Positions 61,246 to 64,000 of a DNA stretch of 64,000 nt are shown one piece after another. The notes beneath the pieces were generated by a model. It was not told the DNA's origin, did no database searches, and worked only from the letters and a program-made list of their open reading frames with translations. Source of the DNA: Camelus ferus. Its lineage: Eukaryota. The position numbers and the translations under genes are program-made. Numbering within the stretch: the first letter of the stretch is position 1; each line of letters starts with the position of its first letter. The stretch is taken from contig NC_045697.1 in the NCBI RefSeq assembly GCF_009834535.1, forward strand, positions 69,380,001 to 69,444,000, read 5' to 3'.

Positions 61246-61829
61246 CATACCAGCTACAAGACAGACAAATCTTGGGATAGTAATCCAAAATGATTGAAAG
61301 TGAGAGGAATGGCAAAATAGATGTTATTAAGTATAACTGAGTTATTAACTGGCTCCCTTGGTATTCTCTGACTGATCTTTAGTAAAGAATGAATTGCTTT
61401 TAATTACATGCTTTGTGTTGATGTTTATTAGGAAGTGACTGTGCTAGGACTGGACCATGTGGGTCCTCAGTTTTAAACTGGGACATACAACATATGACTG
61501 CAAACTGTGCTATGTATTATGAAGGAAAAGTACAGGGAACTCTAAGAGTGCAGGCAGGAGTTGCTGATTAGGCCTATAGGGTCAGTCAGGGAAGCTCTCT
61601 GAGGAAGTCCCATTTGAGCCTGTTTGAAGGTTGAGTAATGGCTCCCTGGGTGGTAAGTGTGGGGGGTCAGAGGGAAGGCTTATTCCAGGTAGAGGCAACC
61701 ACATGTGCAAAGGCAGTGAGGAGAGGGTGGAGTAGAACTTCGAAAAACCAGAAGATGATACAGAACTGGAGCACTGATGGAGAAGGGAGATGAGCGCCAG
61801 ACAGGGGTAGTGGGGTAGGCAGGGACGTT

Positions 61830-62105
61830 AGATCTTGGTAAACATTCCCTGAGGCAAGAAACAGTGAAAGAGAGCCAGGTTTGAAATGTTCATTCAGATT
61901 TGTCTAATCTTTCAGTCTTCAGAGATAAGGATAGTCCTTTCCTCCAGGTATAGGAAAGGCACCATTCACATGAAGGTCTTATGATATGCTTTGGGGAAAA
62001 TCAGAAAGTCCTTCCTGCACCAGCAGTATCTCAGATTCCCTCAGCTTGAAATATTCAATATGCCAAGGTGCCATATTTTGGGATGTTATATCCCAAACCT
62101 CATCA
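61830..62105 (-). mobile_element. ERV1 LTR remnant (MER31-like)
   Basis: ctcagcttgaaatattcaatatgccaaggtgccatattttgggatg...cctcatca. Confidence 0.5.
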
Positions 62106-62109
62106 ATGG

Positions 62110-62300
62110 GAAGGTGGAGTCCAGAGCCAGGCTGGCTGGGTTTGAACCCCTGCTTCATCTCTCGTTAGTTGTGTGCCTCTGGGAAAGTATTGACCTTTTT
62201 GTGCCTCAGTTTTTCTCATCTGTAAAATGGGGTTAATAATACTTATATACACAACTGTATCAGGATCAAATGAGTTAATACATGAATATGTGCTGTTATT
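62110..62300 (+). mobile_element. MIR SINE
   Basis: ggctgggtttgaacccctg...tgtgcctcagtttttctcatctgtaaaatggggttaataata. Confidence 0.85.
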
Positions 62301-62315
62301 ATCACCAGGCAACTT

Positions 62316-62496
62316 TGGATTAAAACCTTTTTTCTTTTTTTTTTTTTTTTTTTTTTACTTTTTTTAGGGGGGAAGGGGAGGTAATTAGGTTCATTTTTAT
62401 TTATTTATTTATTTTTTAATGGAGGTCCTGGGAATTGAACCCAGGACCTCGTGCATGCTAAACACATGCTCTACCACTGAGCTACAACCTCCCCCA
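62316..62496 (-). mobile_element. Camelid tRNA-derived SINE (Vic-1-like) with a long poly-T tail
   Basis: ggtaattaggtt...ttgaacccaggacctcgtgcatgctaaacacatgctctaccactgagcta; TSD ACCAGGCAACTT (62304-62315 / 62497-62508). Confidence 0.92.
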
Positions 62497-63624
62497 ACCA
62501 GGCAACTTGAGATGGACATTTAGGTATGAGTAAAATTCTGCGGTGGGGGAGGTGTGTCAGTGGCTGAAGCAGTATTCAAGAAGGATAAGTATGGGAAAGT
62601 GGAGGGTGCTCAGAAAACTACTGGTTTTCCAGTTTGGCTGAGGCAGAGGGTATACATTAGGAACAAAAGACACAGAAGTTAGAGTGTTTGGTGAGTATTA
62701 TATAAGATGCTCAGGTGGGGAATGTCTACTTGATTCCAAGGAGGCTATAAGAATGTCTGAAAGTTTTTGAGTGGGAATATAATAAGACTAGGGTTGTATG
62801 TGGGGAAAAGTAATCTGGCAGTCACATATTACAAATTATTGTGGGAAAGACTGACTTTGCACTCACTGAGAAACCTTCTTGCTAGAAATTTTTTTCCTTT
62901 GTAGACTCTCATACTGGTAAGCAAGTACCTTGAGCAGCTGACAAAATATGCTGGTCTATTTGGCAGTCGTATTTCTCAGAGTAAATTAAATCTATGGTTC
63001 ATAAATCAGTCCATTTGGGTATCCATCAATTGACTTGCTTACTACTTTAAAATGCATTTCCTTCTAGATGGATCTAAGAACACTTACAAACATGTGCAAA
63101 TATAGCAGTTAAATAAATCAGAATAATCAGAAAGGAAAATCAAAAACCATATAGGGGAAATGGGAAAGCAATTATCTGGGATCAGGATCAAGAATAAGAT
63201 GGTAAATTCAACTTAGCGTTACATTAGCTCCAGCTTCCTAAAAGCCCAGGCATAAAGGGAATCTGAATTGTGCAGTTCTTAGTGCCCAATAAAAGAAAAT
63301 TTATTAGTTTTTAGGTAAGATGAGCTTTTTCTTCCTGGAGTCTAATAGAAAATTAGCATATTTTTCTAGTGAAGTCCAGTTTTCAGACAATGAAAAATCA
63401 ATCTTCACATAATCATTTCTAATGACCCCCTGGCACGAGCAGTCCTTCAGAGCCTTACAATTCCTCTGAGTTGGTAGAGAATATTTTCTGAACTGATGAA
63501 ATCAAAGACTTGAAGAGAAGTATCCTGGGTGTGTGTCATATACATAAAGGGTAGAGTAGCAAGGGGAAGGCTATGTTTTATCTGTCACACAGGATGAAGT
63601 CCAGGACGTGTTCTCACCACAGAA

Positions 63625-64000
63625 ATACTATTAACGTATAAGAAAGTACAGAAAATAATGGTGAGTATCCATGCTTCCACTACCAATATTTAGCAAGTGT
63701 TTCTAAATTTTCATATTTGAATCTTTTTTTCTAAGAAATTAAGTTTTAGAGAGAGTTGAAGCCTCTTTTTCTTCCTATCTGATTCCAGCTGGCTCCTTGC
63801 TTCATAGAGTCAACCAGTATCTTGAAGCTGGTGTGTATCTTTTCTATCTGCATCTTTCTAGTTTTACTACAGAGGTACATACACAGAAACAATATATAAT
63901 ATTGATTGGTATCAAACTGTAGGAATTAATTCTGCAACATTTTTATCCATTATTATGTGTTTGACATTTAGTCATCAACATCTAAATGTAGATGTAGTCC
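63625..64000 (-). mobile_element. Ancient L1ME-like 3' fragment
   Basis: agaaagtacagaaaataatgg...atccatgcttccactacc...agagtcaaccagtatcttgaag...acaatatataatattg. Confidence 0.45.

Larger units (their letters stand above)
59996..61547 (+). repeat. Diverged local direct duplication, ~230-240 bp unit (copy 1 ~59996-60354 including a SINE; copy 2 ~61305-61547)
   Basis: Shared blocks tttagtaaagaatgaattg, ggactggaccatgtggg, tgggacatacaacatatga.tgca, aactgtgctatgt.ttatgaaggaaaa.tacagggaactctaaga. Confidence 0.92.

Noticed and set aside
1..64000. A novel multi-gene biological system
   Set aside because: Apart from TSPAN5 exon 1, the signal I could interpret is explained by known TE classes, simple repeats and local duplications. 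I could not support any novel gene cluster, RNA gene or array.

Overview
Mammalian genomic DNA, almost certainly from a camelid (camel, llama or alpaca), judged from ten copies of a tRNA-derived SINE that resembles camelid Vic-1. The only protein-coding sequence I can support is the first coding exon of TSPAN5 (tetraspanin-5): minus strand 1366->1286, MSGKHYKGPEVSCCIKYFIFGFNVIFW, followed by a GTAAGT donor, inside a CpG-island promoter (~1130-2330). Positions 1-1285 are TSPAN5 intron 1. The remaining ~62 kb is upstream non-coding DNA dominated by transposable-element fossils: L1, L2, L3/CR1, MIR, camelid SINEs, MaLR/ERV solo LTRs and hAT/Tigger DNA transposons. I found no convincing previously undescribed biological system. 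The best leads are an out-of-frame uORF overlapping the TSPAN5 start codon, a possible divergent spliced transcript, a ~4.8 kb multi-layer nested TE stack in which one L1 target site appears to have been used twice, an old ~230 bp local duplication that preserves the empty site of a SINE insertion, and two candidate distal regulatory patches. Repeat subfamily names come from my recall of consensus sequences and need RepeatMasker/Dfam confirmation. Boundaries without a stated target-site duplication (TSD) are approximate.
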